From positions 587,346 to 651,345 of the forward strand of contig CAVQME010000001.1 of assembly GCA_963713545.1 (NCBI GenBank): a DNA stretch of 64,000 nt, in the 5' to 3' direction. Below are positions 1 to 8,194 of this stretch, in pieces; positions within the stretch are counted from its first letter, which is position 1; each line of letters opens with the position of its first letter. The notes below the pieces were generated by a model. The model was not told the DNA's origin, searched no databases, and saw only the letters and a program-made list of their open reading frames with translations. This stretch comes from an uncultured Actinomycetes bacterium. GTDB lineage: Bacteria > Actinomycetota > Thermoleophilia > RBG-16-64-13. The position numbers and the translations under genes were made by a program.

Positions 1-180
1 TGGCAGTCACCTCGATACCGGGCTGCGCCGCCTTGAGACCGAGAGCCAGGTCGAGAGCCCGAGCGCTTCCGGGATCGGTCTCCCGCACCAGCCACTCTTC
101 GCGCACGCGCCCGCTGCGCGGGTCGCGCTCCGGAGGGATACGCACATCCGCGCCCAGCTCCAGGAAGACGACCACCTTCA
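1..180 (-). CDS. etfB: Electron transfer flavoprotein beta subunit EtfB/FixA (N-terminal 60 aa; gene runs off the left window edge)
   Basis: The reverse-strand ATG at ~178-180 gives MKVVVFLELGADVRIPPERDPRSGRVREEWLVRETDPGSARALDLALGLKAAQPGIEVTA, a typical EtfB N-terminus. The gene lies downstream of fixX on the same strand. It is not in the ORF track because it is truncated. Confidence 0.7.
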
Positions 181-250
181 TCGGCCTGGTCCGCGAGCGG
201 ACGCCGGCAAGGCGTGCGCCCCGGCGGCCATCGGAGCCGCCGGCCGAAGA

Positions 251-526
251 CTACGTGAGGCGGAAGCGCACACCATACCCTCCCTGGGGGTAGTGCCAGT
301 CGAGAGCTTCACGGTCGCATAGGAGCAGGCAGGTCCCGCATTCGAGACAGGCCTCATACGCGAACTCCACCCGGGCCCGTTCCTCGCTCCAGGTATAGCA
401 GCGAGCCGGACAGGCAAACGTGCAGGCCCGATGCGTGCAACTCTGACACACGTCCGCGTTCAGCCGGATGTGCGCCTCGGGGTGGATCCGGTAGCTCACC
501 AGATCAAACAGTTCGTCCACTACCAA
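251..526 (-). CDS. fixX: Ferredoxin-like protein FixX
   Basis: 91 aa with a Cys-rich 4Fe-4S ferredoxin-like pattern (CQSCTHRACTFACPARC ... CLECGTCLLLC). It overlaps the end of fixC by 7 nt. Confidence 0.8.
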   Translation of the reverse strand: MVVDELFDLVSYRIHPEAHIRLNADVCQSCTHRACTFACPARCYTWSEERARVEFAYEACLECGTCLLLCDREALDWHYPQGGYGVRFRLT

Positions 527-1989
527 AGGAACGCCCTCCCTCCTTGGAACAGATCAGCCAGGAGCTGCCGCATCGTCAGCTCGTCCTTCACTGCCCGACG
601 GCCCAGACGGCCGATCTTCTCTTTGGGGTCGCCGTCAGAACGATAGAGGTCCTCCATGAGCGCGCTCACCACCCGGGGATAGACCGTGAACAGACGGTCC
701 TCGTGTAGGAAATCGATGGCCCGGCCGAAGGTGGCAAGATCGCGCAGGACGAAGCTCTTCTTGAGCTCCTCCCCGTATCCTCCGAGGCGGGACGCGGAGA
801 CGTCGCCGTCAGCCAGCGCTGCTGCCCCGACCTGAGCGGCCACCAGACCCGAGGTCATGGCCAAGTTCATCCCTTCCTGGGTCAGGCCGTTCGTGTAGCA
901 GAAGCCGGCGGCGTCGCCCGCGACCAGGAGCCCCCCCGTAGATAGTTGCGGGATCATGCGCAACCCCGCTTCCGGGAGCAGATGGGCCGAGTATTCGATC
1001 AAGCGGGCCCCCCGAAGCAACGAAGCCACCGGGCTCGAGGCCACAAAGCGCTCCAGCAGTTCGTAGGGCGGGATACCCCGGGTCTTCAGAGAGTCGAGGT
1101 GCATCACCAGACCGACGGAGAGGGTCTCGGTCTGGGTGTAGATGAAGCCCCCGCCGCGGATGCCCTCCGTGCAGCCAAGGAACTCCTGTGTGGCCCCTTC
1201 CCGGCCGACCAGGCCGAAGCGCTCATTGATCTCTTCCTCGGTCAGGCGGTAGAGAGCCCGGACCCCAAGCGCTACCTGTTCGGGTTTGAAGCCCCCGTGC
1301 AGCCCGGCCTCCTGGGCGAGGAACGAAAGCGTCCCATCGCAGGCGATTACCAGAGGAGCCTCGACCATATCGTCGAGCCCCGCCACCCACACTCCCTGCA
1401 CGGTTCCGGCGCGCTTCACGAGGCCTTCCGCCCGGCAGCCGGTGAGCAGGGTCACGCCCTCTTCGACAGCGCGCTCCGCGTACCAGCGATCAAAATGGGG
1501 GCGGAACAGGGTGAAGCCGGTCAGGGTACGGTCGGAGGTCGAGCCGGCGCCCGCCGCGGGTCGGTCGGAATCGGAGTTGGCCTGGAAGACAAGAGAGGTG
1601 GAGGAGCTCTCGCCCATTAGTGAGAGCACCCGCTTGTTGACGGCCCGCTCCCAGGGCGCCCGCTCCCAGAACCCTGGCACCAGCTCCTCCGGGACCGGAC
1701 AGTAGGCCATCATCCCACCAAACATGTTCTTGGCCCCGGGGTACTCACCCCGCTCGAGGAGAAGGACCTTAGCCCCCTTCTGCGCTAGGCCCAGGGCCGC
1801 GCTGGTGCCGGCCGGGCCGGCCCCGACCACGATGGCGTCGAAGCCGCTGGGGATGGAGGCAGCGGATACAGCCGCTCCAGGAGCCGGGGCGCCGCGGGCA
1901 GGGGCGCCGCGAACCGTGGCGCCGCCGACCGTCGCCTCAGCGCCGGCGGCCACGCTGCTAGCGGGGCTCTTCGGGCCCGACGGGGGCAT
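520..1989 (-). CDS. fixC: ETF-quinone oxidoreductase FixC (FAD-dependent)
   Basis: FAD-binding GxGxxG (IVVGAGPAGTSAALGLAQKGAKVLLLERG) and full-length similarity to the FixC/ETF-QO family. The ~55-aa Ala/Gly-rich N-terminal extension suggests the true start is an internal GTG near 1953. Confidence 0.8.
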   Translation of the reverse strand: MPPSGPKSPASSVAAGAEATVGGATVRGAPARGAPAPGAAVSAASIPSGFDAIVVGAGPAGTSAALGLAQKGAKVLLLERGEYPGAKNMFGGMMAYCPVPEELVPGFWERAPWERAVNKRVLSLMGESSSTSLVFQANSDSDRPAAGAGSTSDRTLTGFTLFRPHFDRWYAERAVEEGVTLLTGCRAEGLVKRAGTVQGVWVAGLDDMVEAPLVIACDGTLSFLAQEAGLHGGFKPEQVALGVRALYRLTEEEINERFGLVGREGATQEFLGCTEGIRGGGFIYTQTETLSVGLVMHLDSLKTRGIPPYELLERFVASSPVASLLRGARLIEYSAHLLPEAGLRMIPQLSTGGLLVAGDAAGFCYTNGLTQEGMNLAMTSGLVAAQVGAAALADGDVSASRLGGYGEELKKSFVLRDLATFGRAIDFLHEDRLFTVYPRVVSALMEDLYRSDGDPKEKIGRLGRRAVKDELTMRQLLADLFQGGRAFLW

Positions 1990-3019
1990 CCCGCCACTCC
2001 TTGATCTTCGAAACGAGCGCCGGCAATACCGCCTCCAGGTCGGCTACATAGCCGACATCGGAGAACTGGAAGATGGGAGCCCGCGCGTCTCGGTTGATGG
2101 AGAGAACCCGGTCGGCCTTCTGCACCCCGGCCATGTGGTGAGGCGAGCCCGAGATACCGAGGGCGAGGTACAGCTCGGGAGTGACCGTCTTGCCAGTCTG
2201 GCCGATGAGCCGCTCTTTGGGGAGACGGCCATCGTCGACCACGGGCCGGGTCGCCCCCACCGAGCCCGCGAGGAGGTCAGCGAGTTCCCGCGCGGCGGCC
2301 AGAAGGTCGTCGCTCGCGCTGCCCGAGCCGGCGGCCACGATGCGTTTGGCATGGGCCAGGTCTACGGTCCGCGGGTCCGGTGGGATGGTCTCGAGATGAC
2401 GAACGCGCGGGTGCTGATCTGGCGCCCCGGATGCGTCCTGCGCCGGGCCCTCGATCTCCAGGACTTCCAGAATAGGCAGGCCGTCTGGGAAAGAGTCCGA
2501 CTCATCCATTCCCGTGAGGTCGAGAGTCGCCACCGGAATGAAGCCGGCCTGGGGTTCGATCTCCTGCTCGAGCCAGCCGCCGTAGACCGGCTTCACAAAC
2601 ACGAGGGAACCTCCTCGCACCTGCAGGTCGCTGCAACTAACCACCGCCCCGGAGCCCAGCCGGTGCGCCAGCAGGGGCGCGAGCTCGCGGCAGACATCGG
2701 TGTCGGCCATCACCACGGCCACCGGCTTCGCGTGCTCCACGAAGGCCGCCAGAGCCGTCGCGACCACCTCCGGGTCGATCTCGACCCCGGCTCGCCATGT
2801 GACGAATCGGGGCGTCGCGCCCAGCTCGCGAGCCAGACGCACGCCCTCGGCGAGAATGACCGTGCCTCCCGTTACCGTGGCCTCTCCAGCGCCGCGTTCC
2901 TTCTCCCGGGGCTCGACCACCACCAGGAGGGCGCGCGCGCCGCCCACGTCGGCGCCGCTCGTCGAGGCAGCCGCGGCGGCCGCCGGCGTGGGCGTCACCC
3001 TATCCGCCGCCCCGCTCAC
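1958..3019 (-). CDS. etfA: Electron transfer flavoprotein alpha subunit EtfA/FixB
   Basis: C-terminal FAD-binding signature LYLALGISGSPHHMAGVQKADRVLSIN. The GTG start overlaps the TGA of the upstream oxidoreductase (GTGA). Confidence 0.85.
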   Translation of the reverse strand: MSGAADRVTPTPAAAAAASTSGADVGGARALLVVVEPREKERGAGEATVTGGTVILAEGVRLARELGATPRFVTWRAGVEIDPEVVATALAAFVEHAKPVAVVMADTDVCRELAPLLAHRLGSGAVVSCSDLQVRGGSLVFVKPVYGGWLEQEIEPQAGFIPVATLDLTGMDESDSFPDGLPILEVLEIEGPAQDASGAPDQHPRVRHLETIPPDPRTVDLAHAKRIVAAGSGSASDDLLAAARELADLLAGSVGATRPVVDDGRLPKERLIGQTGKTVTPELYLALGISGSPHHMAGVQKADRVLSINRDARAPIFQFSDVGYVADLEAVLPALVSKIKEWRDAPVGPEEPR

Positions 3020-4965
3020 ACGCGCTTCCCGGCCATATAGCCTTCGTGGATGGCCATATCCACCTTGCGGGGGGCCACGCAGTCGCCGATGCGGTAGAGC
3101 TCGGACACCTTGCCCTTAAGGGCGAAGTAGAGGTCCTCGCAGGCGTCGTTCCCCATGGCGGTGACGATGCTGTCGTATCCGGAGAAGACGTCCCAGACAT
3201 TGGAATAGACGTTGAAGCCGTGCACCTCCAGACCCTTGATCTCCATGACGGCGAAGTCGGGCGTGAAGGTCACCCCCTTCTGGAGCAACCGCTGTCGGGT
3301 GAGGTACAGATCCTGGGACGGCCCCAGGTCGGATCCCACGAAGAGGCTCGAGGTGACCACGTGCACGGTCTTGCCCAATTCGGCCAGGAACTCGGCGGTG
3401 GCTGTTGCCTGGTGGTGACCGTCATAATCGATGAGAAGCACCCTTTCGCCCAACTCCGCCTCGCCCCTTAGGACCTGCCACACGTTGAAGACCCCCGGGC
3501 CGTCGGCGCCCGCCACCGGGCTCGTTTTGGGGCGCGATCCCGTGGCCACGATCACCGCGTCCGGCTCCCGCTCGAAGATGAACTCCGGCGTGACCTCCAC
3601 GCCCAGTTCCACCGGTACCCCCAGATGGGCGAGTTGGTTGCGCTCGTTGCGGACGATCACCCCGAACTCATCTCGGCCTGCGCCCTTCGCCGCCAGGAGC
3701 ACCTGGCCGCCCAGCTCCCCGGCCTGCTCATAGAGGGTCGCTTGGTGCCCCCGCAGAGTGGCGATCTTGGCCGCCCACATGCCTGCCGGACCACCGCCCA
3801 CGACCATGACCCGCTTTTTCCTCAGAGCCGGGCGCAGATGGCGCTCACCTTCAATGTCCTCGCAACCCACCGACGGGTTCTGCACGCAGCCGATCGTCTT
3901 GTTGAGACCCACCCGGCCGTAGCAGTTCTGGTTGCAGGCGATGCAGTAGCGGATCTCTTCGGTTCGGCCCTCCCGGGCTTTGCGGGCAAAATCGGGGTCG
4001 GCGATCTGCCCGCGGACCACCCCGATCATGTCGGCCTGCCCCTCGGCGAGTACCCGTTCCGCGAGGGCCGGGTCGTTGATGCGCCCGGTGGCGAAGACCG
4101 GGAGTGTCGCCACCTCCTTGATGCCGGCGGCCAGCGGGACCGCATAGCCCAGCGGCATGTGCATGGGACCCCCGACCAGATAGAGGTTGTAGAAGGTGGC
4201 GAGGGTCAAGTTGAAGTAGTCCAGGTGCCCGGTCGCTTGAAGGCGCTGGGCGATCTGTTTCGCGTCCTCAAGGGTGAGGCCCCCGGGGATGAGCTCGTCG
4301 GCGCACAGGCGCACTCCCAGGGTATAGTCGGCCCCCACCGCTTCTCTCACCGCGGCGATCACTTCGAGAGCGAAGCGAAGCCGATTATCGAACTCCCCCC
4401 CGTATTCGTCGCCGCGGTAGTTGGTGAGCGGCGACATGAACTGGCGGACCAGCGAGCTGTGCCCGAACTGTAGCTCCACTCCGTCGAAGCCACCCTCGCG
4501 CACGTGGGTCGCCGACCGGGCGAAGTACTCCACCACTTCCCGGATGTCTTCGATCTCCATGGCCTTGGGGGTCTCCCGGTAGAGCACGTCCGGCACGGGG
4601 GACGGTGCCCACACCGGCAGACGAGAGAGGCTACCGCTGCACTGCTGCCCGTTGTGGTTGAGCTGGGCGAAGATGCGCGTCTCGAACGCGTGCACCGCCT
4701 GCGTGAGCCGCTTGTAGCCGGGGATGACCTCCGGGTGGAACGCCTCGATCAGGTGCTCGTAGGCCCGGTCGGTGGGATGGACCGACTGCTCCTCGGTGAT
4801 GATCAGGCCCGCCCCGCCCCGAGCGCGGGCGGCCAGGTAGCCCGTCAGCCGGTCGGTGGGCAGCCCGTCGTCCGCCAGGTTGGTGAGATGGGCGGAGAAG
4901 GAGATGCGGTTGGGCACCGTCACCCGCCCGATCTCCAGGGGGCTGAAGAGGTGGGGGAACTGCAT
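3016..4965 (-). CDS. FadH/OYE-family Fe-S flavoprotein (2,4-dienoyl-CoA reductase / trimethylamine dehydrogenase-like), mycofactocin-system-associated oxidoreductase
   Basis: 649 aa. It has an N-terminal OYE TIM-barrel FMN domain, a CxxCxxC...C [4Fe-4S] motif (CIACNQNCYGRVGLNKTIGCVQNPSVGC) and a C-terminal FAD/NAD(P) domain (VMVVGGGPAGMWAA). The gene immediately follows mftC with an RBS inside the mftC 3' end. Confidence 0.8.
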   Translation of the reverse strand: MQFPHLFSPLEIGRVTVPNRISFSAHLTNLADDGLPTDRLTGYLAARARGGAGLIITEEQSVHPTDRAYEHLIEAFHPEVIPGYKRLTQAVHAFETRIFAQLNHNGQQCSGSLSRLPVWAPSPVPDVLYRETPKAMEIEDIREVVEYFARSATHVREGGFDGVELQFGHSSLVRQFMSPLTNYRGDEYGGEFDNRLRFALEVIAAVREAVGADYTLGVRLCADELIPGGLTLEDAKQIAQRLQATGHLDYFNLTLATFYNLYLVGGPMHMPLGYAVPLAAGIKEVATLPVFATGRINDPALAERVLAEGQADMIGVVRGQIADPDFARKAREGRTEEIRYCIACNQNCYGRVGLNKTIGCVQNPSVGCEDIEGERHLRPALRKKRVMVVGGGPAGMWAAKIATLRGHQATLYEQAGELGGQVLLAAKGAGRDEFGVIVRNERNQLAHLGVPVELGVEVTPEFIFEREPDAVIVATGSRPKTSPVAGADGPGVFNVWQVLRGEAELGERVLLIDYDGHHQATATAEFLAELGKTVHVVTSSLFVGSDLGPSQDLYLTRQRLLQKGVTFTPDFAVMEIKGLEVHGFNVYSNVWDVFSGYDSIVTAMGNDACEDLYFALKGKVSELYRIGDCVAPRKVDMAIHEGYMAGKRV

Positions 4966-4969
4966 GGAC

Positions 4970-6070
4970 TTAAGCTACCTCCTTCGCGGGCACCAGCGTG
5001 GCGGCCGTCGCCGCGCGCAGGCACTCCGGGTCGGGCTGGTCCAGGGACTGGGTGAGGAAGTACGCTACCGCCGGGCAGCCGCCGTGGCAGACGGAGAAGC
5101 GGTCGCAGATGCGGCACGAGTCGACCTCGAGCTCCCGAAACCGCTGGAGCACCGGCGACGATTGGAAGATCTTCTCGAAAGGCTCGAGCGTCACGTTGCC
5201 GGCGAGAAACGCGGGATGGCAGAGGAAGGCACAGGGATAGACGCCGCCATCCGGCGCAACGGCGCAGGTCATCTTGGCCGCGCCGCACATGTCCAACCCC
5301 AGAGTCCGGCGGCTCTGCGGAGTGAGTGAGAAGAACGAGTCGCCGGTCAGGATCTCCGGGTGGTCTCCGAGGAAGCTGGAAAGCGCAAGAAGCTGGTCCC
5401 GGGTCAAGCGGTAGTCCTCCCAGCTCGCGCAGCCGGCTCCGGAGGGGCGGAAACGCGAGAGCCGGGTTTTGGCCCCGTAGCGGCGGGCGAGCCGATCGAA
5501 GTCGGCGATCTCGCCGGCGTTCGGGCGGGTGACCACCATGTTCAGGCTGAAGTCGGGGTAGTCCCGTTCGGCGAGAAGCTCGACGCCGGCGAGGATGCGG
5601 GCGAAGGTCCCGGCCCCCCGGATGCCGTCGTTGGTCTCGGCGCAGGCGCCGTCCAGGCTCACCTGCAGGTAGACGGGCGCCATCCTCAGCAGCTCATCGA
5701 CGAGAGAGTCGGCGAGCACCGTCCCGTTGGTGCTGACGCAGGTGGTGATGCCCTGGGAGTGGCAGTAGGCGAGGATGTCGAGAAAGTCGTCCCGCAGGAA
5801 AGGCTCCCCGCCTCCGAAGTTGATCTGGAAGATCTCCATGCGGGCCAGCTCGTCGATGAGCGCCCGGCATTGCTGAAGGTCGAGCGCACCCCCGCCCCGG
5901 CCGAGAGGGTCGTCGCTCCGCAACCCGTTCCCGCCCGGCGTTTCGCCGCCAAGTCCAGCGCGCACTCCGGCAGAGAGGCAGTGGGTGCAGCGGAGGTTAC
6001 ACGCCTGGGTGATCTCCCACGTGACGTTGACCGGCGCGCGAAGGGGGGTGCTACTCAGCCTGTGTGGCAA
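4970..6070 (-). CDS. mftC: Mycofactocin radical SAM maturase MftC (radical SAM + SPASM)
   Basis: CxxxCxxC radical SAM motif (TQACNLRCTHC) and a Cys-rich C-terminal SPASM domain. It directly follows mftB with overlap. Confidence 0.85.
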   Translation of the reverse strand: MPHRLSSTPLRAPVNVTWEITQACNLRCTHCLSAGVRAGLGGETPGGNGLRSDDPLGRGGGALDLQQCRALIDELARMEIFQINFGGGEPFLRDDFLDILAYCHSQGITTCVSTNGTVLADSLVDELLRMAPVYLQVSLDGACAETNDGIRGAGTFARILAGVELLAERDYPDFSLNMVVTRPNAGEIADFDRLARRYGAKTRLSRFRPSGAGCASWEDYRLTRDQLLALSSFLGDHPEILTGDSFFSLTPQSRRTLGLDMCGAAKMTCAVAPDGGVYPCAFLCHPAFLAGNVTLEPFEKIFQSSPVLQRFRELEVDSCRICDRFSVCHGGCPAVAYFLTQSLDQPDPECLRAATAATLVPAKEVA

Positions 6071-6338
6071 CGATCAGGCCCCTATCGACAAGGTTCTCAA
6101 GCAGTCGCCTTACTGCCGCACGCCGGCCACCCCGGAGCGCCCCTACGTGGAGAACACGGTCCGGTCCGGCGAAAGGCGGGGGCGTTAGAGCGTCGCCGGA
6201 GCGCACGAACGTCAGCTTGGTGGAGCGGGTGTCGTAGAAGAGCAGCCCGAAGCTTTCGCGTCGCACCCGGACCCAGTCCGGTACGAGATACGTGGTCGCT
6301 GGCAGCAGATCGAACCCGGCGTCGTCAGTAGACGCCAC
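6051..6338 (-). CDS. mftB: Mycofactocin precursor-binding chaperone MftB (PqqD/RRE family)
   Basis: 95 aa with the RRESFGLL motif, corresponding to the MftB 'RPExFGAL' signature. It overlaps the end of mftA and the start of mftC. Confidence 0.8.
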   Translation of the reverse strand: MASTDDAGFDLLPATTYLVPDWVRVRRESFGLLFYDTRSTKLTFVRSGDALTPPPFAGPDRVLHVGALRGGRRAAVRRLLENLVDRGLIVATQAE

Positions 6339-6450
6339 AGATCCCGTCCACGGCCAGGTCTTCGACCTCGATCTCTTCGAGGACCAGCGGCTCCTCGGGA
6401 GGGGCCGGGCATGGGGTGGCGGCTAGGACATCATCGCTTCTGGCATACAT
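6325..6450 (-). CDS. mftA: Mycofactocin precursor peptide MftA
   Basis: MYARSDDVLAATPCPAPPEEPLVLEEIEVEDLAVDGICGVY ends in the hallmark ...DG(M/I)CGVY-COOH. A GGAGGG RBS lies upstream. This is an internal start within the ORF-track entry 6325..6513. Confidence 0.8.
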   Translation of the reverse strand: MYARSDDVLAATPCPAPPEEPLVLEEIEVEDLAVDGICGVY

Positions 6451-6484
6451 ATGTTCCCTCCGTGAGGTCGGGCGCCTCAGTGCG

Positions 6485-7594
6485 TCAGTCCCATTCACAG
6501 ACCCAGCGCCCACCGAGTTGACGCCGCTCCATCTTCTCGGCGATTTCGTTGATATCCTCGAGCTTGAACTTGCCCGCGATTATCTTGTCCAGTTTCATCT
6601 CCCCGGTCATGGCCAAATCGATCAGCTTGGGTATGTCGTCTTTGGTGGAGATAGAACCGTAGAGCCCTCCGATCATCGCCTTCTGCTGCAGAGCCATGAA
6701 GGTCAGGGGCATGGGGGCCACCTGATCCTGGGGCATGATCCCGACGACCATGAGGCGACCGGCCATCCCAAGGGCCCACCAGGCCTGCACCAGAGCACCT
6801 GGGTCCCCGCTGCACTCGAAGATGAAATTCGCCCCCCCGCCGGTCAACTCTTGGACGATGGGCACGGGATCCTCGGTCGAGTTGCAGATGAAGTGGGTAG
6901 CCCCCAACTCGAGGGCGATCTCACGCCGGGACTCCTCTAGGTCCACGGCGATGAGAGGATTGGCTTGGCGCATCTTCGCCGCCCGGAGCGTGTTCTGGCC
7001 AACGCCCCCCAGCCCCCACACGGCTACCTTGTCCCCGGGCTGGACGTTGGCCAGCTTGGTCACCGTCCCCCAGCCCGTGGGAACGCAGCAGCTCATCAAG
7101 GCGCCCCATTCGAGCGGCACGTCCTTGCGCAGTGGGACGAGGGAATCTTCAGGGACCACGGTGTAGTCCGAGAAGCCGGACACGAAGTTGCCGTGCAGGA
7201 CCGGGTTGCCCTTGGCATCCCTCATGCGGGTGGTGCCGTCGAGCATGGTGCCCCCTACGAAGTACTGGAAGTTGCCTGAGCATACGTTGCCCAGACCACG
7301 ACGGCACTCGGGGCAATCACCGCAGGGGCACATCCAGGCGCTCGCGACATGATCGCCCACCTTGACCCGGGTCACGCCCTCGCCGATGGCCTGGACCACC
7401 CCGGCGCACTCGTGACCGGCCACCATCGGCAGAGCCATATAGATCCGGCCCTTGAGATTGCTGAGGTCGCTGTGGCAGTAGCCCGTGTACTGGTACTTGA
7501 CGAGAGCTTCGCCGGCCTTCGGCGGATCGAGTTCCAGTTCTTCGATGCTGTAACCCTTGTTGACTTCGCGCAGGATAGCGGCCCTGATCTTCAC
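6485..7594 (-). CDS. Zn-dependent alcohol dehydrogenase, NDMA-dependent / mycofactocin-associated (Rxyl_3153-type)
   Basis: 369-aa MDR-family ADH with GHECAG, GDHV, catalytic Zn Cys/His and the GLGGVG NAD motif. It is encoded immediately 5' of mftA on the same strand. Confidence 0.8.
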   Translation of the reverse strand: MKIRAAILREVNKGYSIEELELDPPKAGEALVKYQYTGYCHSDLSNLKGRIYMALPMVAGHECAGVVQAIGEGVTRVKVGDHVASAWMCPCGDCPECRRGLGNVCSGNFQYFVGGTMLDGTTRMRDAKGNPVLHGNFVSGFSDYTVVPEDSLVPLRKDVPLEWGALMSCCVPTGWGTVTKLANVQPGDKVAVWGLGGVGQNTLRAAKMRQANPLIAVDLEESRREIALELGATHFICNSTEDPVPIVQELTGGGANFIFECSGDPGALVQAWWALGMAGRLMVVGIMPQDQVAPMPLTFMALQQKAMIGGLYGSISTKDDIPKLIDLAMTGEMKLDKIIAGKFKLEDINEIAEKMERRQLGGRWVCEWD

Positions 7595-7822
7595 TTGCGT
7601 TCCCCCTTCGCCGTGGCTCTAGTCGGCGCTCGCCCGGAAGCGTCGGTAGTACTCCGAACACCCGCGGACATCCGTTACCGAGCGCAAGACGCCCGCGGCA
7701 TGCCCCCTTACATTACCATCGCGACGGGCCCGCGAGTAGACTGCCACCACGCCCTAGCAGCCATCTCCGGCCGAGCCCCGCCCCCGCGGTCGGCAGTATC
7801 GCCGCTTCACCATGCTCCGGCC

Positions 7823-8194
7823 TCACCGGCGGCGGCGCCTTAGGCGCCGCGCCTCTCCTACCCGGAGGGTCAACCCTTCAGAATCCATGTGTTCCAGGAG
7901 CGCCTGCGCATACCGGCGGGAGGTGCCAAGCAGATCCCGGGCTTCAGCCAGGGTCAGCTGATCCGCCTCCTCCATGGCCGTTACCAGCCGGCCGATCAGA
8001 TCGTCCAGGCGCTCCGGTGGATAGTAGAGGTCTTCGCCCACCTTGACCAACCGGCCCTGACGCACCAAGGCGTCGACGATCCTCTTCGCGTCGCGCACAA
8101 CGAGTCCCGCCGCGGCGGCCGCCACGGTCACGCTCGGAGTCTCGGCGGCGCGTTCGGCGCTATCACCGTCGTGAACTGCGCCAGCAGGCTCTCG
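7823..8194 (-). CDS. selB: SelB C-terminal winged-helix fragment (frame-shifted continuation of selB)
   Basis: Only the last ~110 aa of ORF 7823..9064 look protein-like (GLVVRDAKRIVDALVRQGRLVKVGEDLYY...TSRRYAQALLEHMDSEGLTLRVGEARRL). The Arg-rich N-terminal part of that ORF is out-of-frame junk. Confidence 0.55.
   Translation of the reverse strand, partial: REPAGAVHDGDSAERAAETPSVTVAAAAAGLVVRDAKRIVDALVRQGRLVKVGEDLYYPPERLDDLIGRLVTAMEEADQLTLAEARDLLGTSRRYAQALLEHMDSEGLTLRVGEARRLRRRRR

Noticed and set aside
1724-3040. 438-aa plus-strand ORF
   Set aside because: It is antisense to etfA/fixC and has an Arg/Pro/Gly-rich composition typical of shadow ORFs in high-GC DNA. The true genes are on the minus strand.
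7595-7822. Intergenic region searched for tRNA-Sec (selC)
   Set aside because: No T-loop GTTCRANTC or extended acceptor/variable arm pattern was recognisable. selC was not found in this window.
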